Counted from the stretch's first letter, positions 51,531 to 62,594 are shown. The stretch: DNA of 64,000 nucleotides from an uncultured Chroococcidiopsis sp. (GCA_964248365.1 CAXTYC010000021.1:24412-88411); one strand, 5' to 3'. Notes: generated from the sequence alone by a model not told the origin. Numbers and translations are program-made.

Positions 51531-54500
51531 ATGTCCTTCAACCTCTCCTCCTGGTCGATTCGTCGCCCTGTTCCAACAATAGTCTTGTTCTTAGTTTTGA
51601 CCGTCTTGGGTTGGATGTCCTTTACCCAGCTAGGAATTGATAACAACCCAAATATTGATATTCCAGCGGTACAAGTTACGGTAACACAGCCAGGAGCAGG
51701 ACCAACGGAATTGGAAACTCAGGTGACAAAGGAAATTGAAGATACCGTCGCTGGTTTAGGCAATATTGATAATATTATCTCGACGGTAACTGACGGAGTT
51801 TCCACTACAACAGTCAACTTTATTTTAGGGACAAATAGCGATCGCGCTACCAACGATGTTCGCAATGCTGTTGCCCAAATCCGCCAAAACCTTCCCCAAG
51901 ACATCAACGAGCCAATTGTGCAGCGACTGGAGTTTGCCGGAGGTCCAATTATGACCTACGCTGTAACTTCAGAGCGTCAATCTGTAGAACAGCTAAGTAA
52001 CCTTGTTGACCAGACAATTAGCCGCCGCCTGTTATCTGTGCCTGGAGTTGCTCAAATTCGGCGTGTCGGCGGCGTTGACCGCGAAATTCGGGTAAATTTA
52101 GCTCCAGATAGATTACAAGCACTTGGCATTACCGCTACACAAGTAAACGACCAAATTCGCGCCTTCAACACTAACTTACCTGGCGGAAGAGCCGAAATAG
52201 GTAACAGCGAACAAAGCATTCGGACTTTGGGCAGCGCGGCAAATGTGGAGCAGCTAAGAAACTATCAAATTGTCCTGCCAAGCGGTGGTTTTGTGCCTTT
52301 GTCCAGCTTGGGGGAAGTAAGCGATAGCTCTGCTGACGTGCGGCAATCAGCGCTACTCAATGGTAAACCTGTTGTAGCTTTTCAAGTTTTGCGTAGCACT
52401 GGTAGTACCCTAGTTACCGTCGAAGAGGCAGTAAGAAAGGCAGTAGATGAGTTGCCAAAAATATTGCCAGCAGATGTGAAGCTACAACTAATTTTCACCC
52501 GCGCTGACTTTATTCGAGAATCTTACCATAGCACCATAGATGATTTGATCCTTGCCTCCGTGCTAGCCGTAGTGACGATTCTGCTATTTTTGCGGAACTG
52601 GCGAGCTACCATAATTGCTGCCGTCGCTTTGCCACTGTCGATCATTCCCACCTTTGCCGTCCAAAAGTTATTAGGGTACACCCTCAATAACATGACTTTG
52701 CTAGCTTTGGCACTAGCGGTGGGTAACTTGGTGGATGATGCCGTCGTGGAAATTGAGAACATGGAGCGCCACCTAGAAATGGGCAAAAAGCCCTTTCAGG
52801 CTGCTATAGATTCTTCGGCAGAAGTTGGTCTAGCAGTGATAGCTTGCTCAGCCACAATTGTCGGCGTATTTTTGCCTGTAGCTTTTATGGGCGGCGTTCC
52901 AGGGCAGTTTTTTCAACCCTTTGGTTTTACAGTCGCTATCTCTACTATCTTCTCTACCTTGGTAGCACGGATGGTAACACCATTGATGGGGGCGTTTTTG
53001 CTCAAAGAAAAAGGCAAGAGGCAAGAGGTAAAAAAAGGACAAGAGGGACAATTACCAATTACCACTCGCTCCTCCAAAAGGTTTCAGCCCTATCGTCAGT
53101 TGCTTTCCTGGTCATTACGCCACAGGTTAACAACAATAGCGATCGCACTAGCTTTTTTCATTAGCAGTCTCATGTTGATTCCCTTGATTCCCAAGGGATT
53201 TGTTGATAGCGGCGACTTGGGAATTTCAACTGTTAATATCGAACTACCACCAGGTGCGACGTTGCAAGATACCCAACAAGTTGCTCAACAAGCAACTCAA
53301 ATCATCCGCCAAAACCCAGCAGTCAATAGTGTATTAGCAACCGCAGGAGCAACAGGACAAGCAACGGGGGGAGTGAATACAGCCACACTCACTATTAAAC
53401 TCAAACCCAAACAAGAACGATCCATCTCTCAGGCACAGTTCGAGCAGCAGTTGCGTCCACATTTTGCCCAAATTCCAGGGGCTAGAATCAGTTTCCAAAC
53501 TCAAGGATCTGGTGGGGGTAAGAAAGATTTGTCCATCGTGCTTAAGAGTGAAAATCCTCAAGCTCTAACAGCGGCGGCAAATGCCTTGGAACAGCAGATG
53601 AGAACGATACCTGGTTTAGTGGAAGTGGCTTCGAGTGCCTCTCTTGCCAAGCCAGAAGTTTTGATCCTCCCCGATCCAGCCCGTGCCGGAGATTTAGGGG
53701 TGACGGTGCAAGCGATCGCTCGTACTGCATCTCTTGCCACCATCGGCGACACTGACGCGAATTTGGCTAAATTTAATCTGACTGACCGCCAAATCCCCAT
53801 TCGCGTCCAAATAGAACCCGTAGCGCGAGATAACATCGACACATTCAGAAATCTGCGGGTTCCAGGCAAAAATAATACCCTTGTACCCTTGGAGGCTGTA
53901 GCAGATATCCGTTTTGGTAGTGGTCCGGCGCGGATTGACCGCTACGATCGCTCTCGTCAAGTTTCGGTAGAAGCCAATTTGCAAGGAATTTCCTTGGGAG
54001 AAGCATTTCAAGCTGCGCAGAAACTCCCAGCCATGAATCCTTTACCCCCAGGAGTATTACAGCAATCCGCTGGTGATGCCAAGATTATGCAAGAGATTTT
54101 TGGTCGCTTTGGTGGCGCTTTGGCACTAGGGGTAATGTGTATTTATACCGTCCTTGTTCTGCTGTATAACGATTTTCTCCACCCCTTGACAATTATGGCG
54201 GCATTGCCCTTTTCTCTAGGTGGCGCACTGCTGGGCTTAATGATTGCTCAAAAGGCTTTGGGTATATATGCGCTGATTGGAATTGTGTTGTTGATGGGAA
54301 TTGTGACGAAAAACTCGATTCTGCTAGTTGACTATACGTTAATCAACCTACAAGAAGGTAAGACACAACGACAAGCTTTAATAGAGGCTGGGGTGTCTCG
54401 ACTGCGACCAATTTTGATGACTTCCCTAGCAACAGTGGCTGGTACAATACCACTAGCATTAGGAATTGGCGCAGGGTCTGAAGTCCGTCAACCAATGGGA

Positions 54501-54725
54501 ATTGCAACTATGGGCGGCTTCACCACCTCCACCCTCTTAACTTTGCTAGTCGTACCAGTGCTGTTTACCTATATTGATAATTTCCAGCATAGGATTACCC
54601 ACTTCATGCAGCAAAGGTTTGGCAAAAAACAGGCAAGCTATAGAGTTGAGGAGAATGGTAATCCTACAAATGGGTTCCATAACCCTGATGAAACACCTCA
54701 ATCCCAATTCCCCATCCGCAAGTAG
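51531..54725 (+). CDS. RND efflux transporter permease (AcrB/AcrD/AcrF family)
   Basis: SIRRPV, LVDDAVVEIEN, GIVTKNSILLVD, RLRPILMTS. Confidence 0.95.
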   Translation: MSFNLSSWSIRRPVPTIVLFLVLTVLGWMSFTQLGIDNNPNIDIPAVQVTVTQPGAGPTELETQVTKEIEDTVAGLGNIDNIISTVTDGVSTTTVNFILGTNSDRATNDVRNAVAQIRQNLPQDINEPIVQRLEFAGGPIMTYAVTSERQSVEQLSNLVDQTISRRLLSVPGVAQIRRVGGVDREIRVNLAPDRLQALGITATQVNDQIRAFNTNLPGGRAEIGNSEQSIRTLGSAANVEQLRNYQIVLPSGGFVPLSSLGEVSDSSADVRQSALLNGKPVVAFQVLRSTGSTLVTVEEAVRKAVDELPKILPADVKLQLIFTRADFIRESYHSTIDDLILASVLAVVTILLFLRNWRATIIAAVALPLSIIPTFAVQKLLGYTLNNMTLLALALAVGNLVDDAVVEIENMERHLEMGKKPFQAAIDSSAEVGLAVIACSATIVGVFLPVAFMGGVPGQFFQPFGFTVAISTIFSTLVARMVTPLMGAFLLKEKGKRQEVKKGQEGQLPITTRSSKRFQPYRQLLSWSLRHRLTTIAIALAFFISSLMLIPLIPKGFVDSGDLGISTVNIELPPGATLQDTQQVAQQATQIIRQNPAVNSVLATAGATGQATGGVNTATLTIKLKPKQERSISQAQFEQQLRPHFAQIPGARISFQTQGSGGGKKDLSIVLKSENPQALTAAANALEQQMRTIPGLVEVASSASLAKPEVLILPDPARAGDLGVTVQAIARTASLATIGDTDANLAKFNLTDRQIPIRVQIEPVARDNIDTFRNLRVPGKNNTLVPLEAVADIRFGSGPARIDRYDRSRQVSVEANLQGISLGEAFQAAQKLPAMNPLPPGVLQQSAGDAKIMQEIFGRFGGALALGVMCIYTVLVLLYNDFLHPLTIMAALPFSLGGALLGLMIAQKALGIYALIGIVLLMGIVTKNSILLVDYTLINLQEGKTQRQALIEAGVSRLRPILMTSLATVAGTIPLALGIGAGSEVRQPMGIATMGGFTTSTLLTLLVVPVLFTYIDNFQHRITHFMQQRFGKKQASYRVEENGNPTNGFHNPDETPQSQFPIRK

Positions 54726-54783
54726 TTATATAATGTAATATGCACTAGCTTTCAGATCAGCTATGATTACTGAAAGCCTAGTT

Positions 54784-54855
54784 GCGGGTGTAATTCAGTG
54801 GTAGAATGTCACCTTCCCAAGGTGAACGTCGTGGGTTCGAGTCCCATCACCCGCT
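54784..54855 (+). tRNA. tRNA-Gly (CCC), CCA not encoded
   Basis: GCGGGTG/CACCCGC acceptor, anticodon arm TCACC-TTCCCAA-GGTGA, T-arm GTGGG-TTCGAGT-CCCAT, U discriminator. Confidence 0.95.
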
Positions 54856-54952
54856 TTGAGAAAGAATTTACAATTGGTAGTGATATAACCGTATGCCACC
54901 CATGCCTACCCTACAATGCTGCTAAGGCGATCGCCTTCAAACAACATTCGCA

Positions 54953-55888
54953 CTAATCTTTACAACCCGTATCTTGCAAAAACTCAACAATAGCTGCATT
55001 GACTGCAACTGAAGCACCAGATGAAGCATCATGCCCACAGTTGGGGATAATTTTTAATTGAGAATTGGGAATAAGCGATCGCAATCTTTCCCCATCGCTT
55101 GGTGGATACCAACCGTCTTGTTCACCCCACAAAATCAAAGTAGGACACTTGATTTTACCTAGATGATGTTGAATTTTACCGATTATATTTGGCTTCTTCT
55201 CTTGCGCCTGCTCAATTTCCCAAGCTGCAATTTGTAAATCTTCAGCTACTTTGGCTATAGTGCCAGGAAATTCAATAAACGGGTAACTAATCCAGTAGAC
55301 ATTCTCGTCTGTAAGGATTGATGGATCGTATAGCACAGTTCGCCGCTCTGCCCGCATCACTTCTCGAACCAGCGGTGCTAACCAAGAAGTCAAACGAACA
55401 TTGTCAATTGCTTGCACCAAATCTAGTGGGATTTGAGATAGCAACCACATCCCCCAATGGGGCAACCGTTCAGGAAAAATTGGCACATTTACCACCACCA
55501 ACCGTTCGATTAACTTGGGATAAGCTAAAGCCACCCCAAGGCTAACCAACGCCCCTAGTGATTCTGCTACAACAATAGCAGGCTCATCACACAAAGCGCT
55601 AATAATCCGCTCTAACTCAATCAATTGATGATCGTGCCTTTCTCGGTACAAAGGTTTTTCAGAAAACCCGTAGCCCTTGGCATCAAAACAAATTACTCGA
55701 AAGTATTTTGATAATGGCTCAACGCTATTACGCCAATTGTAACTCCAGCTGCCAACTCCATGAACTAAGAACAGTGGTTTTCCAGATCCTTTCTCGCCAT
55801 AGGCAATTGAAACTGGATACCCATTGGCATCAATAATTTTAACAGTTTGTCTCCCTTTAGGAAATGTTGCTTGCCACCAGTCCTGCAT
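54953..55888 (-). CDS. Alpha/beta fold hydrolase
   Basis: LVHGVG, DAKGYGFS, AESLG, PTLILWGEQD, CGH. Confidence 0.88.
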   Translation of the reverse strand: MQDWWQATFPKGRQTVKIIDANGYPVSIAYGEKGSGKPLFLVHGVGSWSYNWRNSVEPLSKYFRVICFDAKGYGFSEKPLYRERHDHQLIELERIISALCDEPAIVVAESLGALVSLGVALAYPKLIERLVVVNVPIFPERLPHWGMWLLSQIPLDLVQAIDNVRLTSWLAPLVREVMRAERRTVLYDPSILTDENVYWISYPFIEFPGTIAKVAEDLQIAAWEIEQAQEKKPNIIGKIQHHLGKIKCPTLILWGEQDGWYPPSDGERLRSLIPNSQLKIIPNCGHDASSGASVAVNAAIVEFLQDTGCKD

Positions 55889-55909
55889 TTCTTCTGTCGG
55901 TACTTCTAG

Positions 55910-56413
55910 TTAGCTATTCACTGCATTCAACAGCAGTCTAATTAGTAGCACACCCAAGGCAAGAATTCCTATACTCACAGCAAATAACCCAGCCACTAGT
56001 AGGAATATAAACCACCGATTTGTCTTGCTATCCTGGGTAACACCTAAGTGCGTTTCTAGCAGTTCGATATTTTTAGTGTTGACTTTCCACGCAAAATCAA
56101 ACCAGTCTCCCAACACAGGGATAGTACCTACTACACTTTCCAGCAAAATGTTGGAAACCATTTTTCCCAAAGTAGATCTAGGTATTCCCAGCCGCGCCGC
56201 TTCGATTACAATATAAGCAGAAAAAGCCGTTCCGATTAAATCACCCGCACCTGGTATCAAACCGAGAATTGGATCTAGCCCAACCCGAAATTTTGTACCA
56301 GGAATAGCGATCGCATTATCAAGCAAGCGACTGAGCTTACCCAGGCGCTGTATAGTATTTAACTTGGGGTGCATTGCAGGGGAGGAAAGTTGAGATAACT
56401 CAGACACGATCAA
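55910..56413 (-). CDS. DUF4112 family membrane protein
   Basis: LLDNAIAIPGTKFRVGLDPILGLIPGAGD, GTIPVLGDWFDFAWK. Confidence 0.88.
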   Translation of the reverse strand: MIVSELSQLSSPAMHPKLNTIQRLGKLSRLLDNAIAIPGTKFRVGLDPILGLIPGAGDLIGTAFSAYIVIEAARLGIPRSTLGKMVSNILLESVVGTIPVLGDWFDFAWKVNTKNIELLETHLGVTQDSKTNRWFIFLLVAGLFAVSIGILALGVLLIRLLLNAVNS

Positions 56414-56425
56414 TTACCAATTACC

Positions 56426-56489
56426 GTACGGGCGGGTTTATCAGACATACTTGTGAACCAACAGAAAACTCATTTAAACCCGCCCCTAC
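56426..56489. repeat. REP-like palindromic repeat
   Basis: GTACGGGCGGGTTT...AAACCCGCCCCTAC. Confidence 0.8.
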
Positions 56490-56537
56490 CAATTATCAAT
56501 TATCAACTATTAATTTCCCTAGCCCCTAAAGCGTATT

Positions 56538-57443
56538 TCACAACTTAGGTGGTGCATTTGGATTTTTAGCTCTCTTGGAGCGTTCGCGCATTGCTTCACC
56601 CACACACACATTCAACTGATCCCCTACCAAAACAACTAACGCGCTCATATAAAGCCACAGCATTAAAACAATTACAGCCCCAACCGCCCCATAAACTTTG
56701 TTAAAGTTGCCAAAATTAGCTACATATAGCCGAAACAGAGCACTGGCGATCGCCCATGCAATAGCTGCCAATACCGCTCCTGGCATCATCGGTGTACCAG
56801 AATCCCAGCGACTAGGTCCATAGCGATAGACAAAGGCAAAGGCAGTAGCAACAATTGCCAAGGCTAAAGGCCAGCTCAACAGTCGCCAAATCCTCAGTAC
56901 TAGATAAAAGCCACTTTCACGCACAAAAAATTGCAAAATTAAGTCGCTGATAAACACTACAAAAGAAGCTGTCATTAGCAGCACAATTGTACCGATGGTT
57001 AGCCCTAATGATACGAGCTTGGCTTTCCAAAATGGGCGAGTATGCTTGGGTGGAATTTGATGAATTTGATCGAGAGCAGTCATTGCTGCACTGAGCGCCG
57101 CAGAAGCAGTCCAAATCGCCAGTACAAAACTGATAGAAAATAAACCCGTGTTTTGTGTGTGGGTAATTTGTTTGGCAAAATCACGAATCAGAACCATCGC
57201 CTCTTCAGGTGCAACCCTACCCAGTCGATCTGCTATATCTCTGAAAGTTGGTTGCAGAGCTTCTCCTAACAGACCGATCGCCGTTAAAACAGCGATAATG
57301 GCAGGAAACAGCGATAACATAGCATTGTAGGCGATTTCCGCAGATAGCCCTGGCAATCTGCGTTTAGCAACACGAGCAATTGTTTTCTTCAGGGTGATCC
57401 AATTGAGGTGACGAAAGAAGCGGATAAAGCGATTTGATAACAT
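56538..57443 (-). CDS. YihY/virulence factor BrkB family membrane protein
   Basis: LSAEIAYNAMLSLFP, YRYGP, YGAVGAVIVLMLWLY. Confidence 0.9.
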   Translation of the reverse strand: MLSNRFIRFFRHLNWITLKKTIARVAKRRLPGLSAEIAYNAMLSLFPAIIAVLTAIGLLGEALQPTFRDIADRLGRVAPEEAMVLIRDFAKQITHTQNTGLFSISFVLAIWTASAALSAAMTALDQIHQIPPKHTRPFWKAKLVSLGLTIGTIVLLMTASFVVFISDLILQFFVRESGFYLVLRIWRLLSWPLALAIVATAFAFVYRYGPSRWDSGTPMMPGAVLAAIAWAIASALFRLYVANFGNFNKVYGAVGAVIVLMLWLYMSALVVLVGDQLNVCVGEAMRERSKRAKNPNAPPKL

Positions 57444-57528
57444 AATTGGTCATTAGTCATTGGTCATTGATCAAGAGTCAGTAGCTATTCACAAATGACG
57501 AATGACAAAGGACAATTGACAAATCAAT

Positions 57529-58635
57529 CTAAAACCCCATTGCCCCAGCTACTGCTGCTAAACTCGGCTCTATGCCAGCTTTGAAAGAATTCTGACTGTG
57601 TTTAATCGCTGTATCTGGATCTTTGAGTCCATTGCCAGTCAGAACACAAACCACTGTTGCCCCATTGGGAATTTGGTCTTTCACCTTTAACATTCCAGCA
57701 ACAGAAGCAGCACTAGCTGGTTCACAGAAAATGCCTTCTTGGGATGCTAAAATTTGATATGCTGACAAAATTTCCTCATCAGTGACGGCGTTGAATTGTC
57801 CCTGACTTGCTGATTGCACAGCGATCGCTCGTTCCCAATTAGCCGGATTGCCGATCCGAATTGCCGTTGCTATCGTGTCAGGATTGGTTACAGGCTTACC
57901 CGTAATTAAAGGAGATGCCCCAGCAGCTTGAAACCCCATCATTCGGGGTAGGCGAGCGCATTTACCTGCTGTATGGTACTGGCAAAATCCCATCCAATAA
58001 GCCGTAATATTCCCAGCATTACCCACAGGGATACATAGCCAATCTGGTGCATCACCCAGCGCCTCCACAATCTCAAAAGCAGCCGTTTTCTGCCCTTCCA
58101 GTCGATAAGGATTAACTGAATTCACCAAAGTGACTGGATAAAGTGTTGCCATCTCGCGCACAATTTCCAAAGCGCGGTCAAAATTACCTTTAATTGCCAA
58201 AATTTCTGCACCGTACAGCAAAGCTTGTGCCAACTTCCCCAGCGCTACATAACCTTCTGGTATTAGCACAAAACAACGCATTGAGCCACGTTTAGCATAT
58301 GCCGCCGCCGCCGCTGAAGTATTGCCCGTACTGGCACAAATTACCGCCTTAGCTCCCGCTTCTTTTGCCTTAGAGATTGCCATTGTCATCCCCCGATCTT
58401 TAAAGCTTCCAGTCGGGTTAAGCCCGTCGTATTTTACCAAGACGCGCACAGATCTGCCGATCAGCTGGGAAATAGCTGGAACTGGAATTAGGGGAGTATT
58501 ACCCTCTAAGAGCGTTACAACTGGTGTTGTTTGGGTAACAGGCAGATATTGCCGATAGGCTTCTATCAGTCCAGACCAAGTTTGTTGATTAGATGTAACA
58601 GCAGGTGGGCTTAGAGTCACGGATTTTGTAAACAA
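57529..58635 (-). CDS. thrC: Threonine synthase
   Basis: [20 protein letters not shown] lysine, [28 protein letters not shown]. Confidence 0.95.
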   Translation of the reverse strand: MFTKSVTLSPPAVTSNQQTWSGLIEAYRQYLPVTQTTPVVTLLEGNTPLIPVPAISQLIGRSVRVLVKYDGLNPTGSFKDRGMTMAISKAKEAGAKAVICASTGNTSAAAAAYAKRGSMRCFVLIPEGYVALGKLAQALLYGAEILAIKGNFDRALEIVREMATLYPVTLVNSVNPYRLEGQKTAAFEIVEALGDAPDWLCIPVGNAGNITAYWMGFCQYHTAGKCARLPRMMGFQAAGASPLITGKPVTNPDTIATAIRIGNPANWERAIAVQSASQGQFNAVTDEEILSAYQILASQEGIFCEPASAASVAGMLKVKDQIPNGATVVCVLTGNGLKDPDTAIKHSQNSFKAGIEPSLAAVAGAMGF

Positions 58636-58842
58636 TTATCGTTAACTTTTACACAAAAAGGCAATCTTGCACAAGGCAGATTTAAGGCAACACACTACTA
58701 GTCTACCCTGACGATAGCTGCTCCACCATGCTAAATTACAAGCTGCCACTTTTCAAAGCGACACAGATAATTTTACTCATGTGACAGTTGAGTATAGAAT
58801 TGAATGTGGTGTGAGTAGGCAAAAATAACTACTGAGCTAGAA

Positions 58843-59085
58843 ATGTTAACCAGTTCGTCTAGTATTACTATGTCTCGTTCTCAACTGTTGGTGGGCGATC
58901 GCCAGATAGAAAGTGAATCAGTTACGACTAATAGCCCAGGCTGTAACGATTCGAAGAAGCCGCCCTATCAAGCCCTTGTGCAAGTAAAGTTTCTGCATCT
59001 GGAAGCCGAGGTAGAATCGCTGTTGCAGCAACTACGAAACCTAAAACAGCAGCGTCTAGCTACTACTAGCAAAGAAAGGGAGTAG
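58843..59085 (+). CDS. Small hypothetical protein with C-terminal coiled coil
   Basis: YQALVQVKFLHLEAEVESLLQQLRNLKQQR; ATG start. Confidence 0.55.
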   Translation: MLTSSSSITMSRSQLLVGDRQIESESVTTNSPGCNDSKKPPYQALVQVKFLHLEAEVESLLQQLRNLKQQRLATTSKERE

Positions 59086-59750
59086 GGATTGGGGAGAGCA
59101 AAAGGAAGTTGAGGATCTGAGGATCTGAGGGGCAGGGGAGCAATTATCAATGAACAATAAACAATTATCAATGAATAATGAACAATTGATAATTGTTTAC
59201 CCTTTTCCCTTGTTTCATCTTTTGGGTGACTAAATGAGCCATGCTGGTAAGTACAAAAACATAAAAAAATGGCTCTTTGTGTATTGTCGGAGTCTTTAGT
59301 GCAACAAGGGTTATCTAGTAAAGGCGCTACACGCATTGGGGATAAGAAAATAGGGACTGTGTAAAAAGTGCGCAAACTCCCACGCTTGTATAACAGATAA
59401 TTCACAAAAGCTTAGGCTACACCTTATATATGTTTGAATACAACATCCGCGCCGCTTCTGTATTGGGTGTAGTGGGAGCAGCTGGGATTGGCTTTGAGTT
59501 GGTTAGCTACATTCGTGGTTTCGAGTACACGAAGGCAACAACTATGATAAGTACAACGACATAAATAAACAGCAGACCGTGTGTTGTCGGAGTCTTTAGT
59601 GCATCTAGGGTTATCTAGTTTGACGTGGGCTGTTTATTTAAGAGTTTCTGCTTACTAGTGCTATTGGTATTTGTGACTGCAATAGATGCCTTGAGTAGCC
59701 AATTACGTCGCCGCCTGGATGTGATGTAAAAACGTTGTATTTCACGTCAT

Positions 59751-59778
59751 GTAGAGACGTAGCTTGCTACGTCTCTAC
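59751..59778. repeat. GTAGAGACG-family REP-like palindrome
   Basis: GTAGAGACGTAGC-TT-GCTACGTCTCTAC; related copy near 24250. Confidence 0.7.
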
Positions 59779-59781
59779 CGA

Positions 59782-59810
59782 TTGACGAAATGGGGATGAA
59801 AATATATAAT
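59782..59810 (+). promoter_or_regulatory. Sigma70-type promoter of the MarR gene
   Basis: TTGACG (59782-59787), 17-bp spacer, TATAAT (59805-59810). Confidence 0.75.
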
Positions 59811-59840
59811 GATATTAAATAATTTGATGTAAAATTATTA

Positions 59841-60287
59841 ATGGCTACACGATACATCGGGACACAAGATGAAGTCCTAGCCCTGGATACGTATATTAAA
59901 TTAGTCCGTGCGGCAGAGACAGTCTCAAATCGAATCCACCGTCAGTTAGCTGATAGTGACTTAACCGTTAGTCAGTTTGGTGTGCTAGAAGCGCTGCTTC
60001 ACCTGGGATCACTATACCAACGGGATTTAGCAGAGAAACTGCTTAAAAGCGGCGGTAATATGACGTTAGTAATTGACAACCTGGAAAAGCGGGAATTAGT
60101 TAAACGCGAACGGGAAGTTGAGGATCGTCGCTGTATCAAGGTTTGCTTGACACCCAAAGGTCATCAACTCATTAGCGAGATTTTCCCCTCTCATGTAGCA
60201 GCAGTCGTTGAGGAGATGAGCATTCTTACGCCCAATGAGCAACAAGAACTGGGGCGTTTGTGTCGGCGGTTAGGGAAAAAGGAATAG
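59841..60287 (+). CDS. MarR family transcriptional regulator (MhqR-like)
   Basis: LTVSQFGVLEALLH, SGGNMTLVIDNLEKRELV, DRRCIKVCLTPKG. Confidence 0.92.
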   Translation: MATRYIGTQDEVLALDTYIKLVRAAETVSNRIHRQLADSDLTVSQFGVLEALLHLGSLYQRDLAEKLLKSGGNMTLVIDNLEKRELVKREREVEDRRCIKVCLTPKGHQLISEIFPSHVAAVVEEMSILTPNEQQELGRLCRRLGKKE

Positions 60288-60379
60288 ATAGGTAGAAGCT
60301 CTATTTTTTTACTTATTTAGTTCGATATTAAACTATCTGATGTTAAAATAAAAGGAGTTCAAGCAAGAGGTAAGGATAA

Positions 60380-61078
60380 ATGATTACACTAAGACATAGC
60401 AGCGATCGCGGTCATGCCAATCATGGCTGGCTAGACAGTTACCATACATTCTCTTTTGCCAATTACTACGACCCGAATCACATGGGTTTTCGGGCGCTGC
60501 GGGTGATAAATGAGGATCGGGTACAGCCAGGTAGAGGCTTTGGTACTCATGGTCATCGAGACATGGAGATTCTCACTTATGTCCTCGAAGGCGCACTAGA
60601 ACACAAAGACAGCTTGGGGAATGGGCAAGTAATTACCCCAGGTGAAGTACAGCGCATGAGTGCTGGAACGGGGATTATGCATAGTGAATTTAATCCCTCC
60701 AAGACAGAACCAGTTCATCTTCTGCAAATTTGGCTTCTTCCCCTTCAGCAAGGATTGCAACCGAGTTACGAACAACGTGCTTTTTCCCAAGAACAGAGAC
60801 TGGGAAAATTACGGTTGATTGCGGCTAAAGATGGGCGCGACGGTGCTGTAACAATTCATTCTGACGTGGATTTGTATAGTGGTATATTGCAAAAAGGCGA
60901 TCGCGTATCCTATCAATTGCAAGCAAACCGCTACGGCTGGCTACAAGTAGCGCGTGGTGAAGCTTCCTTGAATGGTTATAACCTGAAAGCTGGTGATGGA
61001 GTGGCATTGAGTGAAGCACAGACACTCAAAATCAGCACAGATACAGGTGCAGAAATCTTACTGTTTGATCTGGCGTGA
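60380..61078 (+). CDS. Pirin family protein (YhhW-like)
   Basis: [43 protein letters not shown]. Confidence 0.93.
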   Translation: MITLRHSSDRGHANHGWLDSYHTFSFANYYDPNHMGFRALRVINEDRVQPGRGFGTHGHRDMEILTYVLEGALEHKDSLGNGQVITPGEVQRMSAGTGIMHSEFNPSKTEPVHLLQIWLLPLQQGLQPSYEQRAFSQEQRLGKLRLIAAKDGRDGAVTIHSDVDLYSGILQKGDRVSYQLQANRYGWLQVARGEASLNGYNLKAGDGVALSEAQTLKISTDTGAEILLFDLA

Positions 61079-61292
61079 TAGAAGCCACGACTATACAAAT
61101 AAATCAAGGTGGGCAGAGTCCCACCTACATCAGCTTTGTTGTTCGACTGTTAGTTTAAATCAAGGTTCTACTAAACCTAGAAAAATGGCTAGTACTGCCT
61201 TTGACATCAATGATGCTAAGATGCTTGAAATTTTGATGTGCAACTAACTAGCTTCATAATCCTGGCTAACTAGTACAAAATGAGGTATCAAA

Positions 61293-61445
61293 ATGCCCAC
61301 TATTGCCAAGCATAATGATGTGATTACAGTAATCATCATCTTTGCAGTAGAACCGGAACGACAGCAGGAACTAATCGATCATCTTTGTGTCTTTGCGACT
61401 TTGCGCGACATTATCATTCAGACTCTTTGCAACATCACTATTTAA
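61293..61445 (+). pseudogene. Truncated antibiotic biosynthesis monooxygenase (ABM)-like gene fragment
   Basis: RBS GAGGT then MPTIAKHNDVITVIIIFAVEPERQQELID, an ABM-like N-terminus. The sequence then switches to a CTTTG(C/T)G repeat and stops after 50 codons. Confidence 0.55.
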
Positions 61446-61481
61446 AGGATTGACGTTGCTACAACTATTCTGACACATCTA

Positions 61482-62594
61482 TTGGAGATTAAGCCAGTGA
61501 ATGCAGACATCAATCTTTTTTCACCAGTGCAGCTTGGTTCCTACACCCTGCCAAACCGCATAGTAATGGCTCCAATGACTCGTTTACGGGCAATTGACAG
61601 CATACCAAACTCGTTAATGGCAACTTACTACGCTCAGCGAGCATCCTGCCAGTTGATTGTTAGTGAATGCACAATGGTTTCACCTCTGAGCTTGGGCTAT
61701 ATGAACTGTCCAGGTATTTACTCACCAGAACAAATCGAGGGATGGCGGCTGGTAACTGATGCTGTGCATGAGCGTGGGGGACGAATCTTCCTGCAACTAT
61801 GGCATTGTGGGCGGCTTTCACATCCATCTCTACTTGGTGGAGAATTACCAGTTGCACCCTCCGCCATTGCAGCACCAGGAGAACTGCACACTCCTATAGG
61901 CAAGGTGCAAATGGAGACACCCCGCGCTTTAGAAATCCACGAAATTCCAGAGATTGTCGAGCAGTTCCGCAAGGGTGCTGAAAATGCACGGTTGGCGGGT
62001 TTCGATGGTGTTGAACTGCACGGCGCATTCGGCTACCTCATCGATCAATTTCTCCAAGATGGTTCAAACAAACGCACAGATGAATATGGTGGAACCATTG
62101 AGAACAGGGCTAGATTTTTGCTGGAAGTTGTTGCAGCAGTTGCGAGTGTGTGGGGTGCTGATAGAGTGGGAATCAAGCTTTCACCCAGTAACACCTACTA
62201 CGGAATGTACGACTCAAATCCACAAGCAACCTTTAGCTATGTAATAGATGCTCTTAATCGCTTTGGTCTTGCCTATCTCCATTTAATGGAACCAAATGAA
62301 ACAGATTTAGCCACCCGCGATGTACTAAGTCCCGTCTTACCATATTTTCGTCCAATTTTCAAGGGGACTTTAATCACAAATGGCGGTTATGACCATTCAA
62401 AGGGAGATAGTATTCTTGCTAGTGGTAATGCTGATTTAGTCTCCTTTGGTAAATTGTTCATTGCTAATCCTGATTTACCAAAGCGCTTTGAACTGAATGC
62501 ACCGTTGAACAATCCAGATCCGAAAACATTCTACAGCTCTGATGAGAAAGGCTATATCGACTATCCTTTTCTTGCACAGGAATCTGTTGCATAA
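61482..62594 (+). CDS. Old yellow enzyme family alkene reductase (NemA-like)
   Basis: NRIVMAPMTRLRA, YYAQRAS, QLWHCGR, GFDGVELHGAFGYLIDQF, RTDEYGG; start likely GTG at 61497. Confidence 0.93.
   Translation: MEIKPVNADINLFSPVQLGSYTLPNRIVMAPMTRLRAIDSIPNSLMATYYAQRASCQLIVSECTMVSPLSLGYMNCPGIYSPEQIEGWRLVTDAVHERGGRIFLQLWHCGRLSHPSLLGGELPVAPSAIAAPGELHTPIGKVQMETPRALEIHEIPEIVEQFRKGAENARLAGFDGVELHGAFGYLIDQFLQDGSNKRTDEYGGTIENRARFLLEVVAAVASVWGADRVGIKLSPSNTYYGMYDSNPQATFSYVIDALNRFGLAYLHLMEPNETDLATRDVLSPVLPYFRPIFKGTLITNGGYDHSKGDSILASGNADLVSFGKLFIANPDLPKRFELNAPLNNPDPKTFYSSDEKGYIDYPFLAQESVA

Noticed and set aside
54784..54960. tRNA-Gly as the integration site of an island or prophage
   Set aside because: No integrase and no duplicated tRNA 3' end seen in the window; flanking genes are ordinary.
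58968..59405. 145-aa minus-strand ORF and the many short ORFs nested in or antisense to long genes
   Set aside because: They read through tandem repeats or lie opposite well-supported genes, with no recognisable motifs.
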